Shown here: piece after piece, positions 32,301 through 41,378 of the stretch
Layout of the letters: every line of letters begins with the position of its first letter
Position numbering within the stretch: the stretch's first letter is position 1
Source: Trypanosoma brucei
Lineage: Eukaryota
DNA: 64,000 nt
NCBI GenBank assembly: GCA_000002445.1
Contig: CM000207.1
Location: forward strand, 2,048,001-2,112,000
Direction of reading: 5' to 3'
Program-made: the position numbers and the translations under genes
The notes under the pieces: generated by a model
Database searches by the model: none
The model's input: the letters and a program-made list of their open reading frames with translations, nothing else
What the model was told of the DNA's origin: nothing

Positions 32301-34067
32301 CAGGTCCAATCGGTTGGTGATATTCTTTTTCACCAAATGACAGTGAAGGCGCGAGAAGAGAAGTGTGTGTAACCATTCGTGATATTGTTTTAGTTTTTGT
32401 AACACCTTTTCCTTCTCGGCCGATCCATAGAAGTACGAAGGGTGTCCTTCCTTAACCGGTGGAAAGTGGGCCGACATCACGCGTTGTATCCGCTCATACA
32501 CGGCTTGACAGAACTCTTCCAAATGCTTAAGGTGGACCTGGCCGTCTGCACCACACCGGTCAAACTCAGCGTTGTAGTCAGGTATCACGAGCTCTGGTGT
32601 ATCTGCTCCCTCAACAACGTACTGTTTGAACACCTGGTGCTCCTGCCACTTCTTCTCCTTTACAGCAGCATCGCAACAAATTAACTGTGATGGGCACACT
32701 TCTTTTGCAGCCACAGTGCACGTACGGCGCACCTGCCGTTGAAGATAGTCTGGGTGCTCAATAGGGGGTTCCTCCGTCAGTAGCGGCGCCAATGAGGGTG
32801 GAATTCCAAGCTTGCGGGTTCCCTTCCGCGTGGCTATTATACGCCAACTGGAGACCTCCATAGCTCGTCTGTGTGCGGCATGTAAAACTGGCTGAAGTGG
32901 TGGAGCTTGAGGACTTTCGGAGGGAACCACTTGTGAGCTCATGGACCTGAGTCGGTAGGGTGCGCCCAAACTCTGACGGTTCAACATGTCGTTCGCCGTC
33001 ATGGCGCGATAGTCTCCTTCACGGTCTCCTATAAGTTCAAGAGTCAAGAATCGAGACTTCTCAACGTCACGCAAAACATCCACCTGAATGGCAAAACGTA
33101 GATTCTTCAGGCACACGCCGGCCGGCTCCTCTGGGGGGCTAAATAAGGGATTAAGATGGACCCTGCTTCCAACGAATTCCTCATTCAACAGAGGAAACAC
33201 CCGGTTGAGGAGCAGCTCTGTTTCCGAATGGAATATGAATGGTGGAGCCAGGATGGCCACCTCCAACAACCGCCACCCGGATTCGATGTGGGGAAGGGGA
33301 ACAAACTTGTTACCTGAAGCAACCACCGACTTTGTAAAGGTGGAAAGCCGATCTAGTGCAACCGTTTCCTTCTGCATCCAATCAGCCTTGCGCACCGTCT
33401 CCCGCATTGTTGAAGCAAAAGTACTTGTTGCCGGTTTCTCTTCAACAACAGTGCCAGTGATCCTATTCCCCTCAGCGTCCACCCTGAATGCTTCAATTGC
33501 GCACCGCCCCTCAGCACACTCCTCGCGAGTGGCCACCTCTTTACCTGAGGCATTACCTGCCGTCTCACACAGTCTATTTCGTTCAAGAGCCTTCTCAATC
33601 TTCTTCATAACTCCTTCAGGTACCTGTGTGTTGCTCAGGTCGGCATGTACAATACCAGGGTTATGTTGCAGCAGTGAAAGGACCGCCAATCCGGCAGTGA
33701 GAGAAATAGTGTTACCTGAAAAATCGAGTTTTTCTAGACTCCGATGCTTAATCATTGCCCGACAGAAGAAAGCAACAGAGTCATTGTTGAGACCACTGCA
33801 AGGAACAATGAGCTCCTTCAACTTGTCGTTCTTCACAAGGAGGCTCGTCACAGCCTGAAGCCCAACGGCACCGATATAATTCCGCCTAAGATCCACAACC
33901 TCACTAAAACGTATGGTTTCCACTTGCGACGAAAGCAGTGGGTTCATTTTAGCTTTCAATGAAATGTAATTGGCGACAAGCTCCTCGTACGCGTCCGTGC
34001 TTCTCGTGTCCTCCTTCTGCGGCATGAACTGCGAGGGAAGAAGAACAGGACTCTGCGCGTTAGTCAT
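29331..34067 (-). CDS. Large LRR (RNI-like) and WD40 repeat protein with an uncharacterised central domain, possibly a degenerate P-loop NTPase.
   Basis: N-terminal ribonuclease-inhibitor-type leucine-rich repeats are present (LKELIVPCSGLNNDSVAFFCRAMIKHRSLEKLDFSGNTISLTAGLAVLSLLQHN). C-terminal WD40-like blades are present (IITASADRSICAVHPVTG...; LLIYDSAEMNIVSRCDGG...; YLVTTEDLYLRAYD). The central region contains LYVIAPPSRNSLLL, which resembles a degenerate Walker A, and VITVVILDGIDNV, which is Walker-B-like. Confidence 0.7.
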   Translation of the reverse strand: MTNAQSPVLLPSQFMPQKEDTRSTDAYEELVANYISLKAKMNPLLSSQVETIRFSEVVDLRRNYIGAVGLQAVTSLLVKNDKLKELIVPCSGLNNDSVAFFCRAMIKHRSLEKLDFSGNTISLTAGLAVLSLLQHNPGIVHADLSNTQVPEGVMKKIEKALERNRLCETAGNASGKEVATREECAEGRCAIEAFRVDAEGNRITGTVVEEKPATSTFASTMRETVRKADWMQKETVALDRLSTFTKSVVASGNKFVPLPHIESGWRLLEVAILAPPFIFHSETELLLNRVFPLLNEEFVGSRVHLNPLFSPPEEPAGVCLKNLRFAIQVDVLRDVEKSRFLTLELIGDREGDYRAMTANDMLNRQSLGAPYRLRSMSSQVVPSESPQAPPLQPVLHAAHRRAMEVSSWRIIATRKGTRKLGIPPSLAPLLTEEPPIEHPDYLQRQVRRTCTVAAKEVCPSQLICCDAAVKEKKWQEHQVFKQYVVEGADTPELVIPDYNAEFDRCGADGQVHLKHLEEFCQAVYERIQRVMSAHFPPVKEGHPSYFYGSAEKEKVLQKLKQYHEWLHTLLFSRLHCHLVKKNITNRLDLYVIAPPSRNSLLLHSADISAVSELISSFTWGLLTKSAQKCRVAYHTTHSALLTEEPTELRNIICTIIHQLYPNQEVYRSAIGEVDLGRLQKLFLDTITEKGKMAEQLNGNGDAKSDGNEKVITVVILDGIDNVIAPVEPCTALRMCEKTGKDVWEAPALRPGAFACLPYCLSRNVRLVLGCETDSTLYKQLQTRGKDSVEFLPVGNMTPNDFDDMLRPEVMGRIGVTLSDDDFMLIRQKEQALCPEYVLQVVDVLRSFNEAPGLGTHAIKVSLPGTVDGMVQQVYDKLNDSFGTALIRKCTRLLVCSRWGIHEPQLRAMLQLTCTRFNRLIRMMRPLIYSGTVCNIGTEGGNALNVRVCIRSRAFRELIKREDVLEEGSESDYKVWHGMLLRCYHDVVHEVLGREKGEVLLGLSSTNPFERTAVKELPYHAVEAQEAHVIHRVVLTMPYLMVVYRNSLGYHLVRELISAFNSFHESYEVGEYTFDEDVDVTTRQKPTSILRLRDYIYFLRQYNSKLTKYPHLVVGTAIESGNRYPYVSMDARAYVTQMLTITCPLRQRRLSFFTTMALSAKKQIHQRTITACCIPSRGKRIITASADRSICAVHPVTGAVEVQVRRSPSAVESLLWCETGAYHATVCHDRTLLIYDSAEMNIVSRCDGGTFGAPLTSVAFSARGRFYLVTTEDLYLRAYDTEKTSVVLDVDQRHFLEKCEMADINRIRGFTTVLPHRSEDEIFYSVCHNVVIMWQLSTARNAFEKERTFSLPFSVESGKMIRSCTHFLLYPAPFPPTASGHLPPPRQLRLCDVEAGREVAVLVSSCNHVVYQLSSNERMVAAGLEDGSVAVYRLPWSRIRQVGDAAVDVLTVTPTNHFSAFRYSALPTVSGLRFKWGDDGIFALGNDKQLKFWVLPRKHMPFPVPDDDTVDEMQGESIELMEEEPEDEVIEGVADAEFVHECEITAWDVATEPSDKAAAVVIGDPTGRLTMLRMWSPAT

Positions 34068-34590
34068 CTTTGCAATTATTTTCTAAACCCCAACAATAAT
34101 AAATTCTCCCACACCCGTCTCAATTGGGTTCCCTCCTTCTACTCGGTCTTCTTTTAACCAGTTCTTGCTTTTCCCCTAGCCTTGGGTATATCAAACCCCT
34201 ATCTGGCCTTCCGATGACGTTAGTCACTTTTGTTCTTTCTTATCTCTGCCCTATCTTCAAGTGAAACAATGAACAACAAATTGAAAATGGTGGAAAACGA
34301 AATGAATGAAGACATATTCTGCCTAATACAAAAATAAAACAACAGGTGTCTAGTAAAAACATAAAAAGAGACGGGTGTATAGAACAACGAGCAAGGAAGC
34401 GCATAACCTTCGGATGCAAGACATAATTGTAATGAAAACACACTGCCAGCGCAAAACCACAATATGCACATGATTCTCGGCCATTCCCTGCCTCTCCACC
34501 ATGCCTTGTCAACGAGCTACCGTTTTCTTTTTGTTTTTACCATCTTCCCACTCTAAGGCATCTTTCCTGCCCTAACCCCTGTGTACTCGA

Positions 34591-35049
34591 TCATGCACCA
34601 CTCATCGCCAACAGCAGTTCCTCGTCCGTCATGACTGGTCCTAGTTTATCCCCGCCAGGCATCCCATCACCATTAGTATTGTCAACATCATTTCCACTGT
34701 CACCATCCTCATCCTCATCATATACGTCGTTTTCTTCAACCTCCTCCTCCTCCTCACCGCTTTCGTCTTCATCGCACAACTCAGTGGCAAACACTCCGTT
34801 CGGGCAGTTTGTTCGGTTGATTAGCCGACCAACCCACGACTTCTCCGGCGCAATGAGACCTATAAAATTCGAGAACTCCGCCGTGGCGACATCCAAAAGC
34901 TCCTCACGACTGACCGGCCCCGTCCCGCATACCTGACAGCCCTCATGAAGAAACTGCTGCTCTGTGATAATTAAGCGGCACCGGCGGCAGGCGAGGTAAC
35001 CATGGTCTCCAACCGGAAGCTGTGGCGGTGGCTCGCTGTCACCACTCAT
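34591..35049 (-). CDS. SPT4: Transcription elongation factor Spt4 (DSIF small subunit) with a poly-acidic C-terminal extension. The start is set at the internal MSGDSEPP.
   Basis: YLACRRCRLIITEQQFLHEGCQVCGTG and FSNFIGLIAPEKSWVGRLINR align with the Spt4 zinc-ribbon region ([25 protein letters not shown]) and the NGN-binding motif ([20 protein letters not shown]). The 119-codon upstream extension in the ORF track is hydrophobic and low-complexity and is not credible. Confidence 0.75.
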   Translation of the reverse strand: MSGDSEPPPQLPVGDHGYLACRRCRLIITEQQFLHEGCQVCGTGPVSREELLDVATAEFSNFIGLIAPEKSWVGRLINRTNCPNGVFATELCDEDESGEEEEEVEENDVYDEDEDGDSGNDVDNTNGDGMPGGDKLGPVMTDEELLLAMSGA

Positions 35050-35503
35050 TGGAGTCCACACACACGGACACGCACAAGCACACCTTTTAGTGTTAGTGTA
35101 GGTGTTGCCGTTGATGCCTAAATATGTTTTTACCTCTTCTTCCACTCTGCCGCTGATTGTCCCCCCCCCCTTTCCTCTCAAATCCAAAAGACTACTAACA
35201 GTTGCAATCCGAACAAACAGAAATAAATAGTTCAAAGCGAAGAAGCAAAGAAAAAAGGGGAACTGGTGCGGCACGGCGTGCCGTTGACGCAGAGCAGTGC
35301 TAACATCATGTAAATAACCGGGTTTAGACGGTGAAGCAACGGGCAAAGATTCATTTATGGCATCACAACAAATAACGGCCGGAAGAAAAAGAGGAAAAAT
35401 ATCCATGACGTGATGGTATGTCCTCCCGCTCTTTCCAACCCTCGTCTGTACCCCTTATTTACCACGTAGTCCTCGATCTGTCGCCCACCATTTTGCACTA
35501 TTA

Positions 35504-37846
35504 TTAGCCTATGCGAGCCAAAAATGGATCAAATGTGTTAATATCCTTCGTTGCGACTGCAGCAATGTATGGGCAGCCGAGTGCATCTACTGTGAGCACA
35601 AATTGCAGATTGCACAACTCAAGTACCCGTTGAGACGTTAGTGAGGGATCTCGCGCATTGGCTCCGACCTCGCTCCCGCTGAAAGTTATGACAGAAGTGC
35701 TTGTACTTCCGCAATCACCTCTGTCCGGCAAGGCGATACAGGGACAAAACATTAATTCATTTGTAACCACTAGCGCAAGGCTCTCAAACAGCCTTAGAAG
35801 ATCCACCAACGCCATGCGTTCAACCGCCGCTTCGGCGCCAACCCCCTTATGGTTGCTGCTGAGCTCATCACGCACCCTCTTTGGTATGAAGTACTTCATA
35901 GGAATTCGCATCACGGACCCGTCGGGCCTCCTCCTCGTGTCGTGCACCAGTTGAATCAACCCGCCAACGGATGCAACAACATCGCCGCTGCGGTACGTCT
36001 TACCGGCGAATACCCGACGTGTGACGTCACTCAACAAACTCCGTACTGCTCGAAGTGCATTCGCGTCATCGTCCCCACTACCACTACAAATCAGTGAGTC
36101 TGACAACAGGAAGAAGTAATCGGTACAGAACCCCCGCTCGGCAGCGGGGGAACTACCAACTGTACCACAGCGCTTGGCGATATCATATTTCCCGGGCACG
36201 TGCGGATCACTAATGTTTTGGTCCTCTTTTACCCACAATTCTTCCTTCTTTCGCCGGACCCGGGGCTGGCGACCTCTCCGAGGTCGCTTCTTTCCGCGCG
36301 TTTCGTGGGGTTCCTCCTCTGCCCCATCCTCATCATCCTCGTTGCGCTCGTTTTGCGAGGAACTACCACCACAATTATTGTCACTTTGGTGCATTTCGTC
36401 TGACAACGGTTGATCGGCCTCCTGTTCCGCTAGCGTATTCACTGTATACAAAAATATGTCATTATGGGTGTCAAATTTGGAGTGTCTGCCGATCGTCGTA
36501 AGCGGCACCGCCGCATCCCAAACCTGCCACGGTAAGAACGGAACGTTCAGGGGCCAATTTATGGGATGAGATGTAAACAGCGTGGTTGAAGAAGCTTGTG
36601 TGCTTCCACTTCCACTTGAACTCTTGCTTTGACTGCCGCGGATGTTGTCCTCGTTATGTATGTCCTTGGACTGCATGGACAAATGAGAACAGTGAGAGTT
36701 AGCCTCAGGACTGGAACCAACAGTGCCATCTGCAATATTTTGTGCGTCTGTGGAACTGATGGTTTCACGCTGCGAAGCAACGGGTTCGGTCGGTAACGTG
36801 GGGCCCGTCAACACCTCTTGCGGCAGCGGCGCCCTGCAGCAAACCGCAACTAACCGAGTTCGATATACCCGAGGTGAGCGACAGTACGGGCAGAAGTCAA
36901 CTTGGGGTGTGGGAAAGTTGCGGATGCTCCACATTCCACATTGTGGGCACTCCCAAAACAACTCCACGTCAGTATCACTCGTACTCGTACTTGGTTGGCC
37001 ACTGCCGCTCCTGCTCCGCTCGGTAACCCCTCCACTGGTTACTCTATTTTGGTTGCTGCAGCAGGGTTGCAAGCTGTTAGCTGACAATACTCCCACAATC
37101 CTCGAGTTTCCCCCGCGATTGTCAACACTAATATTGCTGTCGTTGTACTTGCCCTCAAGCCTCGTTACACCCCGAAATTGAAATGGCATGGGACTTCTCA
37201 CGCGATATCGTGTCAACAACTCACCTTTGATCCCCGTCCACGGGCTGTGCGTCAAGTTGTGAGCCTTCCCATACGACATAAGAATTTCCTCCCCCTTATT
37301 AATGATTCGTCTGCTGACAAGAGCAGTGTATGTCTCCCCACGTGCGGTGAAGCGGCTCTCCGCACTAATGTTTGCCGTAACGCCCTCCATCCCTCTCGGA
37401 TCGTTCGCAAACCGACCATAATTTCCAGCAAACTCCGCATCCAGTGCGTAATCATCACTGAGTGATCCGTAACCCATGGTATATGTTCTCGAGCTGCATG
37501 AAGTCCCAAAAATCTCCACATAACCGCTGTAGGGCGTGACAACAAAATTCGCTGGAATCGTCCTCTTCGCAAAGAGGCCAATTTGCCCGAATGCCGGATG
37601 ACGTCTGTCTGTAATCACCCGTAACTCTGTGTAATTCCCCGGTAAGTACACCGGCACGGTGAAGCACGGCAGAATATCCGAATCAATGAGTGACTCGGCG
37701 TGAGCAAGAACCCCCATATGGAAAATCATGCGGTCATGTTTGCTGATTGACGGATCGAAGGCCAGAAAATTCCGTGATTGTTCTCCCACGGGGAACTTAA
37801 GTGAGCGACGGGCAGGGGCACATCGTAACGGGGAATGCACATCCAT
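35504..37846 (-). CDS. SET-domain protein (putative protein lysine methyltransferase) with a long, uncharacterised C-terminal extension.
   Basis: The N-terminal SET-like core is present: GQIGLFAKRTIPANFVVTPYSGYVE..., then EFAGNYGRFANDPRG (the NHSC-like motif), then GEEILMSYG. It is followed by a C4 zinc-ribbon (CPQCGMWSIRNFPTPQVDFCPYCRSP), S/T-rich linkers, and a ~250-aa C-terminal region with no motif I recognise. Confidence 0.7.
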   Translation of the reverse strand: MDVHSPLRCAPARRSLKFPVGEQSRNFLAFDPSISKHDRMIFHMGVLAHAESLIDSDILPCFTVPVYLPGNYTELRVITDRRHPAFGQIGLFAKRTIPANFVVTPYSGYVEIFGTSCSSRTYTMGYGSLSDDYALDAEFAGNYGRFANDPRGMEGVTANISAESRFTARGETYTALVSRRIINKGEEILMSYGKAHNLTHSPWTGIKGELLTRYRVRSPMPFQFRGVTRLEGKYNDSNISVDNRGGNSRIVGVLSANSLQPCCSNQNRVTSGGVTERSRSGSGQPSTSTSDTDVELFWECPQCGMWSIRNFPTPQVDFCPYCRSPRVYRTRLVAVCCRAPLPQEVLTGPTLPTEPVASQRETISSTDAQNIADGTVGSSPEANSHCSHLSMQSKDIHNEDNIRGSQSKSSSGSGSTQASSTTLFTSHPINWPLNVPFLPWQVWDAAVPLTTIGRHSKFDTHNDIFLYTVNTLAEQEADQPLSDEMHQSDNNCGGSSSQNERNEDDEDGAEEEPHETRGKKRPRRGRQPRVRRKKEELWVKEDQNISDPHVPGKYDIAKRCGTVGSSPAAERGFCTDYFFLLSDSLICSGSGDDDANALRAVRSLLSDVTRRVFAGKTYRSGDVVASVGGLIQLVHDTRRRPDGSVMRIPMKYFIPKRVRDELSSNHKGVGAEAAVERMALVDLLRLFESLALVVTNELMFCPCIALPDRGDCGSTSTSVITFSGSEVGANARDPSLTSQRVLELCNLQFVLTVDALGCPYIAAVATKDINTFDPFLARIG

Positions 37847-38479
37847 TCCACACGAGGAAACACTGCAATCGTAAATGATAGTAAAAGGAAAATGGGACGA
37901 GGTGTTGTGAAGTGGGAAATGCTCTCACTGACGTGAAGACACAGACGCACACGCACGCGCACAAAACGCTTTCGCTGCGGTGTACGACTCTCCCTAACTC
38001 CTCCACGATCGCCGCTGATATATTGGGCTTCGTTGCAAGTACACCGCAACGAAGAGCACACACAGTGAAAAAAAAAAGGAAGGGGAGTGTCAAAAAATAG
38101 AAGGGGGAAGGAAATAAGGTACAGGGGAGAATAAAATCGACCCAAGCAACTAATACACTAACGGGACACGCCATAATAATGAAACATAGGTGTTATCGGC
38201 ACCACCGGCGAATGTTTTCCACTTTTGAAAACTCCACCTCCAAATCCACCGCCACCGGTGCCGTTAGCCGCAGCGCCACAGATTTTTACCAGGTGGTGAG
38301 ACGTGCTAGCCCACGAACCGCATAGTCGAGACGTTACCACACACCACTCAGGTATAAACGTGTACACATTCCAGTTAAACGACCAAAATAAAACAAAAAA
38401 GGGACTTGTGGTTTACACCTGCAGGTCTTCACCCCCTGCCTCCGCCACACACAAACACCTTTTTTACCTAGACAAAGTC

Positions 38480-38977
38480 TTAAAAACAGCAGTCACAATC
38501 AAAGGGGCAATTTGGAGTTGTCCCCGCATTGGGGTTTGATGATGTAATTTTCCGCAGCTCCTCTACGGTAATGATGCGGTCAACACCTTCCCGCCTGAGC
38601 AATGTTTCCGGTACTTCACAATCAGCCAGTGGGCCGCCACCTTTTCCCGTCTTCTTATTTCTACCCTTCTTTTCCTTTGGCTGTGAGGACACGTTAAAGA
38701 AATCTGCATCGCTCAGCTCCAACGTCTTCTCTGGCGCACGATAAAGACCATCGGAGGTAGTGAGCCGTGACTGTCCCTTTACCGTGCCACGCGCCGGTTG
38801 GGCACTAGACTGCAGTTTTTTATCTTTAATTACACCAAAGATATCGGCAATATCCGAACCCTTATCCAAGACGGCTGTAGCGCACTTCCAAGCCATCTTT
38901 GATTCACTACCAGCCGGTGACGAACTGTGTTTTAGAATGCCCCTTCCACCAGGCTCTTGTTTTTTTGCCTTCTTCAT
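38480..38977 (-). CDS. Small basic protein (165 aa) with a C-terminal Cys cluster, CPFDCDCCF.
   Basis: A compact ORF in the array orientation with an N-terminal KKAKKQ basic segment and a terminal cysteine-rich CPFDCDCCF motif. This is reminiscent of a conserved eukaryotic family of unknown function, but I cannot confirm that from memory. Confidence 0.5.
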   Translation of the reverse strand: MKKAKKQEPGGRGILKHSSSPAGSESKMAWKCATAVLDKGSDIADIFGVIKDKKLQSSAQPARGTVKGQSRLTTSDGLYRAPEKTLELSDADFFNVSSQPKEKKGRNKKTGKGGGPLADCEVPETLLRREGVDRIITVEELRKITSSNPNAGTTPNCPFDCDCCF

Positions 38978-39872
38978 TAGAAGCTACATGTGGGGTGAAA
39001 GAAAGAAGCGACCAATAGCCAAACAACACATATGATAAAAACATAGATAATCAAATACGCAATCATGTATGGTACAAAACAAAAAAGCGAGATGAAGTGC
39101 AGCACGTTGTTATGAATAACGGCAACTGAGGGGAACGTGTTTTTGAGTTCAGCATAATGGAGGGGATACCCAAACCCCCATAAATACACACTCGACGACC
39201 AAACACATCCCACTTCTCGAAAACGACATCAACTGTAAAGAGGACGAAAAAACAACACACAAACCAGTATTACTGGTGAGCAGATTGAACAGATATGTGG
39301 AAGTTTCACCACTCACACAATCTGTTATCACCACACAACAGATGACTATCATTCATTTCCCCACACAAATACTTGGGCCCATAAACCAAGTGTCTGCTAC
39401 ACATTTCCCTCTTCTCTCACCTGAAAGAGGGGAAAATAAACGCGGTCTCTCTGCTTCTCCGGGGGAGCAAACAGACAAAAGAAAAAGTAAGTTTAATACA
39501 ATATGAAAGAAACAAACAAGAGCGCTTAAACGGACAGGAGTAAGCACCTCCTCACTATTACTTCTCTGAAGCGGGAGGAAGCCACCTTCTTGCCATCAAA
39601 GATGATGTACTGATGCTTTTCTGGGTACATATTCAACTAATCCACCCCGCCGTTCCCTACTCTGCTACCCTCAACATTCAGGCGGAACAGCTGAAAGCCA
39701 TATACGGTACAGAATAATAAATTCAAATTCTGCACGTGCTTCTGAGCATAAATGTGCACACGCGGATAGTAGATAACGTATACACGGTTGGAGGATAGCT
39801 GGAAGCAGCGAAAATCAGATGACGTACTGGAAAGAAAAGGGGGGGGAGGAGCAATTCCACTCATCTTTTCTT

Positions 39873-41342
39873 TCAAGGGGCATTTTTTTGGTTAACGAAC
39901 ACCACTGGTTCACCGACGAATGGCACACCAGCCATTGTGCGTTCAATCTCCTCCACTGTTCGCGGGACGACCGTAAGGTTTACGACACCTGTTTCGGTAA
40001 TTACCACATCGCTCTCAATGCGCACACCACCAAAGTTCCACAGCTTCCGGAGCCCTTCCTCATGGAGGTGAGGTTTCATTTCAGGGTTGACGAAGGCATC
40101 GGTAAGAAGCGAACGATTAATATAACAACCGGGTTCCACAGTGAGGCACATTCCCTTCTCCAGCACCCGTGCCGTTCTCAACTTACAGCAGTCGCTCTCG
40201 ACAGGGCGCTTGGGACAATCTTCCAAGTAGCCCCCTACATCGTGCACATCCATGCCGAGCAAATGCCCCAGCCCATGAGGTTGGAAGAGACCCATAATAC
40301 GCTTTTGCATTATGGTGTCTACATCTCCCATGAGTAAACCAGCACGCAGCAAGTGCTTGCACATGACACGCAACGCCAACTTGTGCATATCCACCCAGTT
40401 TGTACCGGGTCTGAGACTCTTCATCACTGAGTCGTGCGCGTCCAGAACGGCATTGTATATCATCACTTGGTCAGAGGTAAACTTACCGTTCACGGGAAAG
40501 GAGCAAGTAATGTCACTTGCATATCCCATGTAGTGGCCTCCCATATCTAGCAGGGCCATAGAGCCATCCTCAATGGGTGCGTCGTTATTTGGGTAATGCA
40601 GCACTGCGCCGTAGTGTCCCGTAGCGCAGATGCACGTATACGCCACCTTCCTGCAACCGCCGTGGTAATAAACATGATGCAAAAAGGTGGATTCGAGTTG
40701 GTGCTGGGACATACCGGGCTTGCACTGTTGCATCACATGAATGTGAGCATCGCTGGAAACACGACACACATACCGCAGAAGGTCGATTTCTAAATCCGTC
40801 TTGTAGCAGCGTTGCCGACTTAATGTATCAAAAAGAAAGTCAGTAGATGTATTCAACTTCGAAGGTTGGGGAAGTTGAGCCGTCAGCACATTGAGGCCAC
40901 TGTCGCTGTTTACCCCCTTCATCACCTCAACCGTAGTCACACCCTTCGCAGCGAATGTTTCATTAATCTCATCCGTGTAGTAAACCTCCTCCACGCCCGT
41001 CGCCTCCTTGACGCTTGCGGGAGTGGGCAACTCACCCATCCAAACCGCGTATGATGCCGGGAGGCGGGGAATGAAAAGAATTCCAGTGCCATCAGTAAGA
41101 ACAGCACCGAAACAATCAGGAATGTCACAACCGAATAGGTAAGCGAAATAACTCTCCTGCCAAAAGAGATGGTTCACATCAGTGGAGTTTACCGGAACCT
41201 CCGAACTCCCTTGAAGGAAAGCGGCGTGTGTGTCATCCATGCATGTCCGCATCGATGCAGCAAGGCGCTGGCGCTGCTCCTTGTACATATCTGGACTGAT
41301 CTCGAATGGATAGGCGGTGTTGCGAATACAATTTGACGACAT
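39873..41342 (-). CDS. PEPD: Xaa-Pro dipeptidase (prolidase), metallopeptidase family M24B.
   Basis: There is near-colinear similarity to prolidase. [17 protein letters not shown] matches human LFVPRLPASHATWMG. The metal-binding motifs [17 protein letters not shown] and [15 protein letters not shown] are present. The C-terminus, [36 protein letters not shown], matches human [36 protein letters not shown]. Confidence 0.9.
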   Translation of the reverse strand: [489 protein letters not shown]

Positions 41343-41348
41343 GTCGTG

Positions 41349-41378
41349 TTCTCTCTCTCTCTCTCTTTCTCTCTCTGA
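41349..41378. repeat. (CT)n dinucleotide repeat directly abutting the prolidase start codon; it reads as (AG)n in the mRNA 5'UTR.
   Basis: ctctctctctctctctttctctctct, starting 7 nt upstream of the minus-strand ATG at 41342. Confidence 0.9.
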
